Under the pieces are notes generated by a model that ran no database searches, was not told the DNA's origin, and saw only the letters and a list, made by a program, of their open reading frames with translations. The position numbers and the translations under genes were made by a program. 64,000 nt of DNA from an uncultured delta proteobacterium (GTDB taxonomy: Bacteria > Desulfobacterota > Binatia > Binatales > Binataceae), in NCBI GenBank assembly GCA_963808235.1, contig CAWEEQ010000004.1, forward strand, positions 1,248,001 to 1,312,000, in the 5' to 3' direction. This document shows, in pieces, positions 1 through 11,407 of this stretch. Position 1 is the stretch's first letter. The number at the start of each line of letters is the position of its first letter.

Positions 1-378
1 ATCGGCAATCTCGAACCACGGCGCCTTATGCTCGACGAAAATATGCTTGTCGGGTTTCATCTCCGGATCACCATCGAGAAGACCGGCAGGAATCTCGCAC
101 CACTCGGAATTCGGATCGGGATTCGGCACCGGCGAGCTGCATCGACTGCAAAATGAAACCCGATAGGGCGGTGGTGTGCGCAATATCGGCGCGTCGTAGG
201 TCGAGATCAAATCGCGCCCGCTGAGCAGACGAAAATCTTGCGTCCGGACGCCGACTCCGGGAAGAAACGCGGAGCCGGAAACTTTTCTGCAGCGCCGACA
301 ATGGCACAACTCGAACGGGCCGATTGCTTTCTCGATTTCGAAGCGCACGCCACCGCATAAACAGCTTCCGGTAATCAT
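1..378 (-). CDS. GFA/CENP-V family zinc-binding protein, 3' end runs off the window
   Basis: Not in the ORF track (no stop in window). Manual translation from ATG at 378: MITGSCLCGGVRFEIEKAIGPFELCHCRRCRKVSGSAF..., the GxCxCG and CHCxxC motifs of the GFA family. Confidence 0.85.
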   Translation of the reverse strand, partial: MITGSCLCGGVRFEIEKAIGPFELCHCRRCRKVSGSAFLPGVGVRTQDFRLLSGRDLISTYDAPILRTPPPYRVSFCSRCSSPVPNPDPNSEWCEIPAGLLDGDPEMKPDKHIFVEHKAPWFEIAD

Positions 379-421
379 CTGGAATCTCCCTAGTGACCAG
401 TTTCAGTGATATATCCTCTAT

Positions 422-3400
422 ATGCCGATCGCGCTGGCCGAATTCCATCCCGCAGTTCGCAGTTGGTTCGAGCGGCGCTTCGATGCGCCTTCGCGCGCGC
501 AGGAACTCGGATGGCCCGTGATTGGCGCGGCCAACACTCCGCCGGGCTTCGACGTTTTACTCTGCGCGCCGACCGGTAGCGGCAAGACTCTCGCGGCGTT
601 CATGTGGGCGATCAACGGACTGGTCCTCGAAGCTGAGCGCGGCGCGCTGCGCGACGAAGTCTCGGTCCTTTATGTATCTCCGTTGAAGGCGCTCGCCAAC
701 GACATCCGCCTCAACCTCGAAGAGCCGCTGAACGGCGTGCGCGAAACGGGCGCCGAATCGGGACTCGATCTTTCGCGAATCCGTGCCGGCCTCCGCACCG
801 GCGACACGTCTGCGAGCGAGCGTGCTGCGATGCTCCGTCGCCCGCCGCACATTCTCGTCACCACGCCGGAGTCGTTGTTCATCCTGCTCACTTCGCCGAA
901 GTTCCGCGAGAAGCTCGCGTCGGTCCGCCACGTTATCGTCGACGAGCTTCACGCGCTCGCAGGCAACAAGCGCGGCGCGCATCTGGCGCTGACGCTGGAG
1001 CGCCTCGAACGCTTCGTTATGAGTCGCGCGCAGCGCCGGCCGAATCGAATCGGCCTCTCCGCGACGCTGAATCCAATCGAGAAGCTCGCCGAGTTCCTGG
1101 CCGGCTACGACGTCGATCACGGACCACGCCCGCGTCCGGTGGAAATTGTTCGCGCCGACGATCGCATTCGAACGATGGACCTCGAAGTCATCGCACCCGG
1201 CCCGGACCTGGGCCCGCTCGCGACGCATCAGCATTGGGATGCGATGTACGACGCGGTCGCGCGCCTCATCGGGGAGCATCGCACGACCCTGGTCTTCGCG
1301 CTGAGCCGCCGCACCGCCGAGCGAGTTGCGCTGAATCTGCAAAAGCGTCTCGGCACCGACGCCGTGATGGCGCATCATGGCAGCCTCGCGCGCGCCGAGC
1401 GCCTGCTCGCCGAGCAGCGACTCAAGCGCGGCGAGCTCAAGGCGATCGTCGCTACCGCGTCGCTGGAACTCGGTATCGACGTCGGCGCGGTCGATCTCGT
1501 TTGCCAGCTCGACTCGCCGAGATCCATCTCAGCCGCAATCCAGCGCGTCGGCCGCTCCGGGCACAGTCTCGGCGCGACGCCCAAGGGCCGCTTCTTCGCG
1601 ATGACGATCGACGACCTGCTCGAATGCGCCGCCGCGGTCCGCGCAATCCGCGCTGGCAATCTGGATGAAGTCGAGATTCCGATGGGATGCCTCGATATCG
1701 TCGCGCAGCAGATAGTCGCAATCGCGGCCGAGGAGGACGAAATCTCCGAAGCCGAGCTGCTGCGCGTGCTACGGGGAGCGTACAACTTCGCAGATCTCGA
1801 CGCCGCCAAGCTGCGTCGCTTGCTGGAGCAACTCGCAGCCGAATTGCCCGAGCGAATCATGGGGGCGGCTCCGAAGATTTTTTTCGATCGAATCAACGCG
1901 CGCATTCGCCCGCGCCGCTCGGCACGCCTGTCGGTGATAACTTCGGGCGGGACGATTCCCGAGGCCGGCAACTACGACGTTGTGATCGAATCGGAAGGGC
2001 GCAAAGTCGGCGACGTCGAAGAGGATTTCGCGCAGGAGTCGTCGCGTGGCGACGTGTTTTCGCTCGGCTCGATGCCGTGGCAGATCCAGCGCATCTCGCG
2101 CGGGCGTCTGATGGTCGAGGCGGCGCCCGGGATGGCGCCGACGTTGCCATTCTGGCTGACCGAAGCCGGCGGCCGCTCGCAGGCGCTCTCAATCGGAATC
2201 AGCGAGCTTCGCCATGAAATCTGGAAGCGCATCGAAGCGAACGGCACCGAATCGGCGGTCGGATGGCTGATCAAGGAATGCGCGATGTCGGAGCGCGCGG
2301 CGACGCAGGCGGTCGACTACGTGCGCCGCGGGGTCGAGGCGCTGGGCGCGATTCCCGACGCGAAGACGATCGTGGTCGAGCGATTTTTCGACGGCCTCGG
2401 CGGCACTCAAATCGTCATCCACACACCGTTCGGAATTCGCCTGAATCGCGGACTCGGCCTCGCGATTCGAAAACGGCTGTGCCAGAGCTTCGATTTCGAA
2501 ATCCAGGCGTCGGCGATCGACGACGGAGTTCTGCTGGCGCTGAATTCGCGCCACAGTTTCCCGCTCGACACTTTGTTCGGGATGCTGAAAGCGCGTAATG
2601 CGCGCGATGTGCTGGTCCAGGCGCTGCTCGCTGCGCCGATGTTCGAGGTTCGCTTTCGGCACGTCGCGACGCGAGCGCTCGCAATCATGCGATCCTCGCG
2701 CGGGCGCAAAGTTCCCGCCTGGATTCAGCGGATGCGTTCGCAGGATCTTCTGTCCGCGATTTTTCCGGGCCAGCAGGCATGCTTCGAAAACCGTCCGGCT
2801 ACGATCGAACTCCCCGAACACTTCATAGTGGTGGAGACGATTCGCGAATGTCTCGAGGAATCCACCGACCTGCCGCGCACGGTGAGGATGCTCGAAGGAA
2901 TCGAAAGCGGCGCGATTCGCACCGTCTGCGTTGACAATATCGCGCCGTCGGTGTTCGCGCATCGGCTGTTGCTCGCGTGGGACTACTCGTTTCTCGACGA
3001 CGGCGAGCGCGGTAACCGTCGCTCACGTACAGTGAGCATGAATCGCGGAATGGCCGAAGATGTTTTCCGCAGCGAAGACCTCTCGGAGCTGTTGGCGAGC
3101 GAGGCGGTCGACACGGTCGTCGCCGAGGTTACCGGACGAGCGCCCGGACGCCGACCGCGCTCGCGCGACGAGCTGATCGAACTGATTCGTGCGCACGGCG
3201 CGATGACGCATGCCGAGCTCGAGGAACGCGGCGGCGAGACCTGGCGCGCGATGCTGGCGGAGTTGGAAGCCGAGCGGCGAATCTCCACCATCAGTTTGAG
3301 CAGCGAAGGATCGGCGCGGATCATCGCGAGCGAAGATGGGGCGATCTTTGCGGCCGCGTATCCCGAAGCGCAGATCGATGGCGGCTCGACCGCGACCGAT

Positions 3401-4930
3401 CTCGATCGCGACAGTGCGCGCGAGGAAATCGTGCGGCGGGCCATGAAAACGTCGGGGCCGACGACTGCGAGCGATCTCGCGGCGCGGCTGCTGCTCGAGC
3501 GAATCGAAAATCGAGCAAACTCTTCTGGCGCTCGAAGCGAGTGGTGCGTGTCTTTCGCGGTCACTTCACGCGCTCGGACACGAATCAGTGGTGCGACCGC
3601 TACAACCTCGAACGAATTCATCGCATGACGCTGGCGCGGGTGCGCGCTGAAATCGAGCCGTGTGCGGATCACGAGTACGCCGCGTTTCGATTGCGCTGGA
3701 TGCACGTTGGCGGAGAGGAGCTTCCCAGTGATCAGACCGGCGTCGCCGCGGTGCTCGAACAGTTATCGGGCGTCGCGCTTGCGCCGGAGCTTTGGGAGCG
3801 CGCGATTCTGCCCGCGCGAATCGCAGGGTATCGCCCCGAGATGCTCGATCTCGTCTGCATGAGCGGTCAGCTCAAGTGGGTGGCCGTGCCGGAGGAAGGC
3901 GTCGCTGCCGCGAGCACGCCCGCGCGCATCACCTTCGTTCCGCGTAAGATGAATCTTTATGCCGAGCACTCCGACGACGTTGAGTCGGATCCAAAAGAAC
4001 GCGCGGTACTTGATGCGCTGGGCGCGGCGGGTGCGCAATATCTCGACGAAGTTGCGGACCGCGCAAATCTTTCGGAACGCGACGCGCTCTCAGTGTTGTG
4101 GCATCTGGCGGCGGCGGGACGGGTCAGCAATGACAGCTTTGCGCCACTTCGAATGTTCGCCGACGATCGCGGCGCCGAACGAGCACTCGAAGCGGTCGCG
4201 CGTCGTCAGCCGACTCGTCGCGACGCGGCGGTTCGCGCACGCCTGAAATCCCATCTCGCGGGGCGATGGTCTCTGATTCGCGCCGCGGCCGATTCGCCCG
4301 TCACCGGCTCGGATCGCACCCGCGATCTTGCGCTCGCGTTGCTTGAACGTCACGGAATACTCGCCCGCGAAATGCTCGGCATCGAATCGGTCTCGCTGCG
4401 CGTGGAGCGAAATCTCCTTCGCACTTCGCCGTCTCGAATATGGCGGCACGATTCGCCGCGGATGGTTCGTGAGATCGCTCTCGGGCGAGCAATACGCGCT
4501 GCCGGAAGCGGTCGAGATGCTGCACGCGGCGCGCAATATCGTCCCAGCGCGCGAGAAGCCATACGCGCTCAGCGCAATCGATCCCGCAAATCCGTATGGC
4601 TCGGTGCTTCCCGGATGCGGCATCGCGCGCGAGGCCGCGAACATCGTAGTGATTCGCGCCGGCCGCGTAGTCACGGGCTTGCAGGGACGCGCGATGGTCT
4701 CCGGCGGCTGGGAAAGCGACGTCGATGACGACAGCTTCAGCGCCGCTGTCGCCGCGATTCTGTCGATGCGGCCCCGGGTCACGATCGACACGATCGACGG
4801 CCACCCGGCACTCCAGTCATCGCGAGTCGGAGTGCTCGCCGCGATGCGCTTCCATTCCGATGGACGCGCGCTGGTTTTCGACGGATTGCACGGCCCCACA
4901 CCCGCGCGTGCGTCGCGCCGATCAACATAA
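422..4930 (+). CDS. lhr: Lhr-family ATP-dependent SF2 helicase (long form), split by frameshifts near 3500-3550 and ~4395
   Basis: APTGSGKT Walker A, SPLKAL, TTPESL, DELH, HHGSL, QRVGRSGH in 422..3628; Lhr-like C-terminal sequence continues in 3541..4728 (QWCDRYNLERIHR) and 4328..4930 (RRGWFVRSLSGEQYALPEA, AIDPANPYG). Confidence 0.88.
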
Positions 4931-5047
4931 AGACGGTTGATTGGGCGGGGTCGCGCGGTATTCTGAAACATCGGAAGCACCACGAATTAATTTCTCGACA
5001 CGCCGGATTTTACCGGCGTCTGGTTTTCCCAGGAGAGGCTCCACAAA

Positions 5048-7810
5048 ATGGCGACTAATAGTTTCGGCGCTCGCTCGACACTCGCGGTCGACGGCAAGGA
5101 CTACACCTTCTTCAAACTCGAAGCGCTCGAAAAACGCGGCTTCACGCTCGCCCGAATGCCGTACTCGATCAAAGTGATGATCGAAAATCTGCTCCGGCGC
5201 GAAGACGGACTGGTCGTCACGACCGGACAGATAGAGGCGCTGGCCAAGTGGAACGGCAAGGGTGGAGAACGCGAAGTCTCTTTCATGCCGGCGCGAGTGC
5301 TGTTGCAGGATTTCACCGGAGTGCCCGTGGTCGCGGACCTTGCGGTGATGCGCGACGCGATCAAGCGGCTCGGCGGCGACCCGGCCAAGGTCAGCCCGCT
5401 GCAGCCAGTCGATCTCGTGATCGATCATTCGGTGCAGGTCGATTCGTTCGGAAGCGCCGGTGCGTTCGCGGACAACGCGCGGCTCGAATTCGAGCGCAAC
5501 CAGGAGCGCTACCTGTTCCTGCGCTGGGGTCAGGGCGCGTTCGACAATTTCCGCGTGGTGCCGCCCGACACTGGAATCGTTCATCAGGTGAACCTCGAAT
5601 ATCTCGCGCCCGTGGTCTTCGCCACCAAGCAGGGCGACGCGTATCCGGACACGGTGCTGGGCACGGATTCGCACACGACGATGATCAACGGGCTCGGCGT
5701 GCTCGGATGGGGTGTCGGCGGGATCGAGGCAGAGGCCGCGATGCTCGGCCGCTCGATGACGATGATGATTCCCGAGGTGATTGGCTTTCGCCTCGCTGGC
5801 AGCTTGCGTCCAGGTGCGACCGCGACCGACCTGGTGCTCACTGTCACGCAGATGTTGCGCAAGAAGGGAGTGGTCGGGAAGTTCGTCGAGTATTTCGGGC
5901 CGGGAGTCGCGTCGCTGCCGGTCGCGGATCGCGCAACGCTCGGCAACATGTCGCCTGAGTACGGCGCAACCGTCGGCTATTTTCCGGTGGACGATCAGAC
6001 GCTCACGTATCTTCGCCTGACCGGACGAACTCAATCGCAAGTGAAGTTGATCGAGGCGTACTGCAAGGCGCAAGGACTGTTTAACTCGGCCGACGCGCCG
6101 GAGCCGAAATTTTCGGACACCCTGGAACTCGATCTGGGCAGCGTCGTGCCGAGCCTGGCGGGACCGCGGCGCCCGCAGGATCGGGTCGCGCTGACCTCGG
6201 CAAAGACCGACTTCCGCCGCGAGCTGGGCAAGGAGTTCCATGACCATCCGAGCGTCGACCCTGCCGTGATCTCGGAATGGGTCGATGAAGGCGGCAAGGT
6301 CGTCGCGCCTGCTGAGGCCGCCGCATTCGACAAGCGCCTCGGCCATATCAAGAACAAGGTTGAAGTGGTTTCCGAGCACGGCCGCTACGCGCTGACGCAT
6401 GGATCGATTGTCATCGCCGCGATTACGAGCTGCACCAACACCTCGAACCCATCGGTGATGCTCGCGGCGGGAATTCTCGCAAAGAAGGCGGTCGCGCGCG
6501 GGCTGACAGTCAAGCCGTGGGTGAAGACGAGCCTCGCGCCAGGATCGAAGGTCGTGACGCAGTACCTGAAGCGAGCGGGGCTGACCGAGTCACTCGAGAA
6601 GTTGCACTTCAACCTGGTCGGCTACGGATGCACGACCTGTATCGGTAACAGCGGGCCGATCGCGGAGGCGATTGCCGGCGCGGTGAAGCAGGGCAACCTG
6701 GTTGCCTGCGCGATTTTGAGTGGCAATCGAAATTTCGAGGGGCGCATCAATCCCGTGGTACGATTCAACTATCTCGCGTCGCCGCCGCTGGTGGTCGCGT
6801 ACGCGATCGCGGGCACGATGGACATCGACGTCGAGCGCCAGCCACTCGGCACTGGTTCCGACGGAAATCCGGTCTTTCTGCGCGACATCTGGCCGTCGCA
6901 GGAAGAAGTTGCAGCCGCGGTCAGCAGCTCGGTTCACGCCTCGATGTTCTCGACCGAGTATGGGCATGTCTTCGACGGCGACGAGCGATGGAAGAGCCTC
7001 AAGGTTCCCGCGGGCAATCTTTTCCGCTGGGAGCGCGATTCGCTTTACGTGAAGGCGCCGCCATTTTTCGACGGCGTGACCGCCAAAGTTGGCGAGTTCT
7101 CCGACATAAGCGGAGCGCGCGTGCTCGCGATGGTCGGCGACAGTGTGACGACCGATCACATTTCTCCGGCCGGCTCGATCGGCGCCGACAGTCCGGCCGG
7201 CAAGTATCTGATCGCTCACGGTGTGCAGCCCAAGGATTTCAACTCGTACGGCGCGCGGCGTGGAAATCATGAAGTGATGATGCGCGGAACGTTCGCAAAT
7301 ATCCGGCTTAAAAATCTGATGGTTCCGGGCGTTGAGGGCGGCTTCACCGTGCATCTGCCCGACGGCGAGAAGACCACGATCTTCGAAGCGTCCGAGCGCT
7401 ATCGAAAGGACCACGTGCCGCTGGTCGTCATCGCGGGCAAGGAATATGGCACCGGCTCCTCACGCGATTGGGCGGCCAAAGGCACGATTCTGCTCGGCGT
7501 GCGCGCCGTGATCGCGGAGAACTTCGAGCGGATTCATCGCAGCAACCTGATAGGAATGGGCGTGCTCGCGCTCGAGTTCAAGCCGGGTCAGAATCGCGAG
7601 TCGTTGGGATTGACCGGGCAGGAAGTTTTTTCGATAAGCGGGATGAAAGCCGGGATCAAGCCGCATCAGACCCTGAAGGTGCGCGCAGAATCAAACGGCA
7701 AGCCGAAAGAATTCGAGGTGACGCTGCGCGTCGACACGCCCGAAGAGGTCGAATACATCCGTCACGGCGGGATTCTGCCGTTCGTGCTGCGCGACTTGCT
7801 GCGCGCCTGA
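5048..7810 (+). CDS. acnA: Aconitate hydratase A
   Basis: RVLLQDFTGVP, GTDSHT, AITSCTNTSNP, GYGCTTCIGNSG, TTDHISPAG, GSSRDWAAKG; 920 aa; GGAG RBS upstream. Confidence 0.97.
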   Translation: MATNSFGARSTLAVDGKDYTFFKLEALEKRGFTLARMPYSIKVMIENLLRREDGLVVTTGQIEALAKWNGKGGEREVSFMPARVLLQDFTGVPVVADLAVMRDAIKRLGGDPAKVSPLQPVDLVIDHSVQVDSFGSAGAFADNARLEFERNQERYLFLRWGQGAFDNFRVVPPDTGIVHQVNLEYLAPVVFATKQGDAYPDTVLGTDSHTTMINGLGVLGWGVGGIEAEAAMLGRSMTMMIPEVIGFRLAGSLRPGATATDLVLTVTQMLRKKGVVGKFVEYFGPGVASLPVADRATLGNMSPEYGATVGYFPVDDQTLTYLRLTGRTQSQVKLIEAYCKAQGLFNSADAPEPKFSDTLELDLGSVVPSLAGPRRPQDRVALTSAKTDFRRELGKEFHDHPSVDPAVISEWVDEGGKVVAPAEAAAFDKRLGHIKNKVEVVSEHGRYALTHGSIVIAAITSCTNTSNPSVMLAAGILAKKAVARGLTVKPWVKTSLAPGSKVVTQYLKRAGLTESLEKLHFNLVGYGCTTCIGNSGPIAEAIAGAVKQGNLVACAILSGNRNFEGRINPVVRFNYLASPPLVVAYAIAGTMDIDVERQPLGTGSDGNPVFLRDIWPSQEEVAAAVSSSVHASMFSTEYGHVFDGDERWKSLKVPAGNLFRWERDSLYVKAPPFFDGVTAKVGEFSDISGARVLAMVGDSVTTDHISPAGSIGADSPAGKYLIAHGVQPKDFNSYGARRGNHEVMMRGTFANIRLKNLMVPGVEGGFTVHLPDGEKTTIFEASERYRKDHVPLVVIAGKEYGTGSSRDWAAKGTILLGVRAVIAENFERIHRSNLIGMGVLALEFKPGQNRESLGLTGQEVFSISGMKAGIKPHQTLKVRAESNGKPKEFEVTLRVDTPEEVEYIRHGGILPFVLRDLLRA

Positions 7811-7817
7811 CGCGCCG

Positions 7818-8127
7818 CTATTGCATATGCGCGCCGATGGCGCCGGCCGCGGTTGAAGTGCTCGGCGCGGACTTGGGTCCGGCGACGTGCTTCAACGCCG
7901 GGTCATCGATCGCGACGCATCGAAAGTAAGCCGGCTTCGTCTTCAGTACGGCATTGCAGTCGCTCTCAGAGCCAAACGTCTTGAACGCGAGCCATTGCGA
8001 TAGAGGCGCCTTAGCATTGACCGCATAATTGCCGCTGGCAGTCCTTCGTCGGCGGAAAGATCGGCGGAGGCTGCATCAGGAACCAACCCGTCAACACGAT
8101 CGCCATCGCGTAATACTTTCGCATCAT
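7818..8127 (-). CDS. Small exported Cys-containing hypothetical protein, frameshifted near 8040
   Basis: Manual translation: MMRKYYAMAIVLTGWFLMQPPPIFPPTKD, then after a shift ASGNYAVNAKAPLSQWLAFKTFGSESDCNAVLKTKPAYFRCVAIDDPALKH...GAHMQ* (TAG at 7818-7820). Fills the acnA-phosphotransferase gap. Confidence 0.6.
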
Positions 8128-8173
8128 CAAGCCGGTAGCAGATTTCGCAGGGTGAATGCGAGCGGGAGAGCGA

Positions 8174-9271
8174 TCACGCGGGCTGCGGCGCGATGTCGAG
8201 TCTGACCGAGGTGCCGCTCTTGCGCGTGGCGTAACGGCTCAGCAGCCTGACCACTGCGGGAGTCACTTCGCTGATCGCCTCGGGACGAAAGCCCACAGCC
8301 TCGGGGCCGCGCGCGCGCATCATGCCGAGCATCGAGAGTCGCAGCAGCGCGGCGACCGCCTGGCAGTAGCGGAAGCGCTCGAAGTTCATCGGCGCCATCG
8401 CATGATAGAGCGGCAGATACAAAGCCGCGAAGCTCGCGCGCAGCCCGTTGCCGACAAGGTTGTCGCGCATCCAGCGCGGCGTCTCGAGCGCCGACGACGA
8501 CAGAATGACCGCGGTCATCGCGGCGTCGAGATGGCGATCGCCAACGTCGGTGTTGACCCAATCGATAACGCCAGTGAGCCGCGTGCCATCTACCATCACA
8601 TTGAGCGGATGGTAATCCATGTGCACGATCGATTGTGCGCTCGAGCGAAAGAGCTGCGCGCGCTCGCTGACTCGGTTTAAGAGCTTCGCGAAGGCCGGGC
8701 AGGGGACCGTTCTCGACGCGCGCGGCGATGACCGCGAGTATGCGATCGAGTAGCGGCGATTCCTCGCCGGGCTGCCTGGGCCGGGAACGCGTGAGGAATC
8801 TCGCGCAGACCCGCATGCGGTGGGATCGTACTTGTGCAGCCGCGCCTGCGCGCGCACGAACGAAAAAAATCCGAGCGAGAAAGTTTTGAATGCGATCGGA
8901 AAGCTGCGCGCTCCGAACAGCGGAACGCCGCCAAGCCGCTGCATGATCAGAAACGGCGCGCCGAGTGCGCGATGGTCCGCTTCGAATGCGTAGGGGCGTG
9001 GCACCGCGAAGCCCGCGCCGAACAGCCGATCGATCGTGATGTGCTCGCGGATGCCTTTGGCGTCGGCCGCGGAGCCCTGGTAAAAGCGCAGCACGACCGG
9101 TTGGCCGACGGGGATATTCGGGCAGACGCTCGATCGCGCCTCGAGCGTGAGCTCAAACACCGTGGTCTCCCACCCGCTCGCGAGCACGCTCACCCGCGCG
9201 ACGGGTGCGCCAAGATAAGACGATAGATCGCGCGCAATCTCTTTTGGGTCGAGCATCAAACCGGGCGTCAT
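8174..9271 (-). CDS. Aminoglycoside phosphotransferase/choline kinase-like (APH family) protein
   Basis: Brenner motif HMDYHPLNVM and VIDW; Gly-loop LASGWET; LGAPFLIMQR. A central stretch (~8680-8820) looks out of frame, with plausible sequence in the other two frames (compensating indels). Confidence 0.85.
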   Translation of the reverse strand: MTPGLMLDPKEIARDLSSYLGAPVARVSVLASGWETTVFELTLEARSSVCPNIPVGQPVVLRFYQGSAADAKGIREHITIDRLFGAGFAVPRPYAFEADHRALGAPFLIMQRLGGVPLFGARSFPIAFKTFSLGFFSFVRAQARLHKYDPTACGSARDSSRVPGPGSPARNRRYSIAYSRSSPRASRTVPCPAFAKLLNRVSERAQLFRSSAQSIVHMDYHPLNVMVDGTRLTGVIDWVNTDVGDRHLDAAMTAVILSSSALETPRWMRDNLVGNGLRASFAALYLPLYHAMAPMNFERFRYCQAVAALLRLSMLGMMRARGPEAVGFRPEAISEVTPAVVRLLSRYATRKSGTSVRLDIAPQPA

Positions 9272-9338
9272 ACTGCCGCGAACCGCAGCGTATTACACCG
9301 ACGCGAAAGCCGCAATTGAAACTGACACGCGTGTCAGG

Positions 9339-10523
9339 TTACAGGGGACGATTCGGAATAAGCGGACGCTGCTCGCCCGCGCCCGGCCCGGGCTTCGCTT
9401 CGGAGGGCTCCGCAGGCAGCGGACCCTGTTTGAGGGTCTCGTTGGGGAGCGTCTCTCCGTTTTTCTGGAATCGACCCTGCACCATCGACGAAAGCAGCGG
9501 ACCGCGACGGTCGCTGGTATCGATCGCCACCTCGACCGACAATCCAAGCCGAAGCGGCTTGTCCTCCGGCGGCGTCGATTCGAACACAATCTTCACCGGC
9601 ACTCGCTGCACGACTTTGACCCAGTTGCCGGTCGCATTTTCCGGCGGCAGCAGCGAGAACGCCGCGCCGGTCCCCATGCTGATCGAATCGACGTGTCCCT
9701 TGTACACGTAGCCGGGATAGATGTCCGCGACGACTTCCGCCTTCTGCCCGACCCGCACGTCGGTCAGTTGAGTCTCCTTGAAGTTCGCCGTGACGTAGAG
9801 CTTGCCGAGCGGAACCACCGCGAGCAGCGGCTCGCCGACCTGGACTCGATTGCCGACATGCGCGGTCTTATGGGTGATGACGCCGGCGAACGGCGCCGTC
9901 AGCTTCGTGTAAGCGAGATCGAGCTTGGCGGCTTCCAGAGCCGCTTCCGCCTGTTTCACGACCGGACGGTCGTAGTGCGAATGGTCCTGCGTCTCCGATC
10001 CGAGCGCGGCCTCGGCCTGCTGCAACTGATGCTGCGCGAGCGCTTCGTCCGCGATCGCAATCTTCAGACCCGTTTCCGCCTGATCGTATTGGGCGCTCGA
10101 TACGATGCCCTGGTTCTTCAACGACCTGGCGCGTTCGTAATCGATTCGCGCCTGCTTAGCCTGCGATGCCGCGAGTGAAACGCCCGACTTCGCCGCGCCC
10201 ACCCCCGAGTAGAGTTCATCGACAGACTGCTTGGCGCGATCGAGCTGAGCGCTGGCTTGCTGAACGCGCACGTCGAAGTCGCGCGAATCCAGGGTCAGCA
10301 GCAGATCGCCTTCCTTAACCGTCCAGTTGTCCTCGACGTACACATTGGTGACGGTGCCGGCGACTCGGGAAGAGACCAGCGCGACGGTGCCATCGACGTA
10401 AGCGTCGTCGGTGGAGACGTGGCTTTCGATGTACTGATAGTAGTGCCACGCGGGGATCAGTCCGGCGGCGATTGCGACTATCACCACCACTAACAAGACC
10501 CTGCGCAGGATTTGCGAATTCAT
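9339..10523 (-). CDS. HlyD/EmrA family membrane fusion protein
   Basis: N-terminal TM helix, STDDAYV, ANFKETQL, GAAFSLLPPENATGNWVKVVQRVPV (EmrA-type signature). Confidence 0.92.
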   Translation of the reverse strand: MNSQILRRVLLVVVIVAIAAGLIPAWHYYQYIESHVSTDDAYVDGTVALVSSRVAGTVTNVYVEDNWTVKEGDLLLTLDSRDFDVRVQQASAQLDRAKQSVDELYSGVGAAKSGVSLAASQAKQARIDYERARSLKNQGIVSSAQYDQAETGLKIAIADEALAQHQLQQAEAALGSETQDHSHYDRPVVKQAEAALEAAKLDLAYTKLTAPFAGVITHKTAHVGNRVQVGEPLLAVVPLGKLYVTANFKETQLTDVRVGQKAEVVADIYPGYVYKGHVDSISMGTGAAFSLLPPENATGNWVKVVQRVPVKIVFESTPPEDKPLRLGLSVEVAIDTSDRRGPLLSSMVQGRFQKNGETLPNETLKQGPLPAEPSEAKPGPGAGEQRPLIPNRPL

Positions 10524-10712
10524 ACGATCGTTTAAGAGGCGGGAGGATCTACGTACGCGCTTCGAATGATTGGATCATCTGTAATGAGGCTAACTATGAC
10601 GAATGCACAAGGCTGTCAAACGACCGACCCTGATTCGCAGTTTCAACCCCAGCGTTGGTTCTTGATGGCGCGCAGCGCGATCGCACCGCGCTGACTCAGC
10701 ACCGCGCTAAAG

Positions 10713-11402
10713 TCATGGTTGGCGGATGATCGCGGACGGACCGGCGACCACCGTCGCCACCACCGCACCATTGAGCGTCATGTTGAGACTGAAGGTGCCG
10801 AAGTCGCGATTGATCGGAAAGAAAGTGCCGTCCACCTTTCCGTTCGGCGTATCGAACATGATTACTGTCGGAGCCCGATCCTTGACTACGAAACCGGTTT
10901 GAGAGTCCTCGACCAGCGCCGTGTAGGACGCTCTGACAGGACCACTGAGGAAAATTCGGAGGTCGGGAGACGCCGCCGGCGCGATATTAAGCAATTTGCC
11001 GCCGGTCTGAAGAGACACAATGCCAAAGGGCAAGTTGGTCGAGGCAACCCCGAGCAACGTAGTGCCGTTTATGATCTGGATACTCAGGCCGTTGGTGTCG
11101 TTAGAGGTCTTGGTCGCGACGATTATTGCCGGCAGGATGTTGTTGCAGATGACGATGCCCAGCGGAACGTTGCCCTGCACGACCCATGAAGATCGCGCGT
11201 TTGATACGGTCGCCGTAAACGGCGTGCCGGGAGTGCCCAGAATCCGGTAGGTGGTGAGCGGCGGCCCGCTCGGAGTATTACCGACGCTGCCTGAAAATCC
11301 ACCTTGATTGCTGTTGCAGCCAGCGACCCCAAGTGCGAACGCGGCGCCGAGCGCAGTCGTCCCGAGGACCTTTAGCAATTGCCTGATCGTGTGACGAGTC
11401 AT
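10713..11402 (-). CDS. Hypothetical lipoprotein
   Basis: Signal peptide ending in lipobox VAGC; beta-rich mature part; ATG at 11402 is 5 nt beyond the upstream gene's stop. Confidence 0.7.
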   Translation of the reverse strand: MTRHTIRQLLKVLGTTALGAAFALGVAGCNSNQGGFSGSVGNTPSGPPLTTYRILGTPGTPFTATVSNARSSWVVQGNVPLGIVICNNILPAIIVATKTSNDTNGLSIQIINGTTLLGVASTNLPFGIVSLQTGGKLLNIAPAASPDLRIFLSGPVRASYTALVEDSQTGFVVKDRAPTVIMFDTPNGKVDGTFFPINRDFGTFSLNMTLNGAVVATVVAGPSAIIRQP

Positions 11403-11407
11403 CGCGA

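Noticed and set aside
4922-6400. Long antisense ORFs (also 21109..22287, 22988..24610, 26478..27758, 53448..54446, 55510..57312)
   Set aside because: Shadow ORFs opposite well-supported genes, expected at high GC; no motifs.
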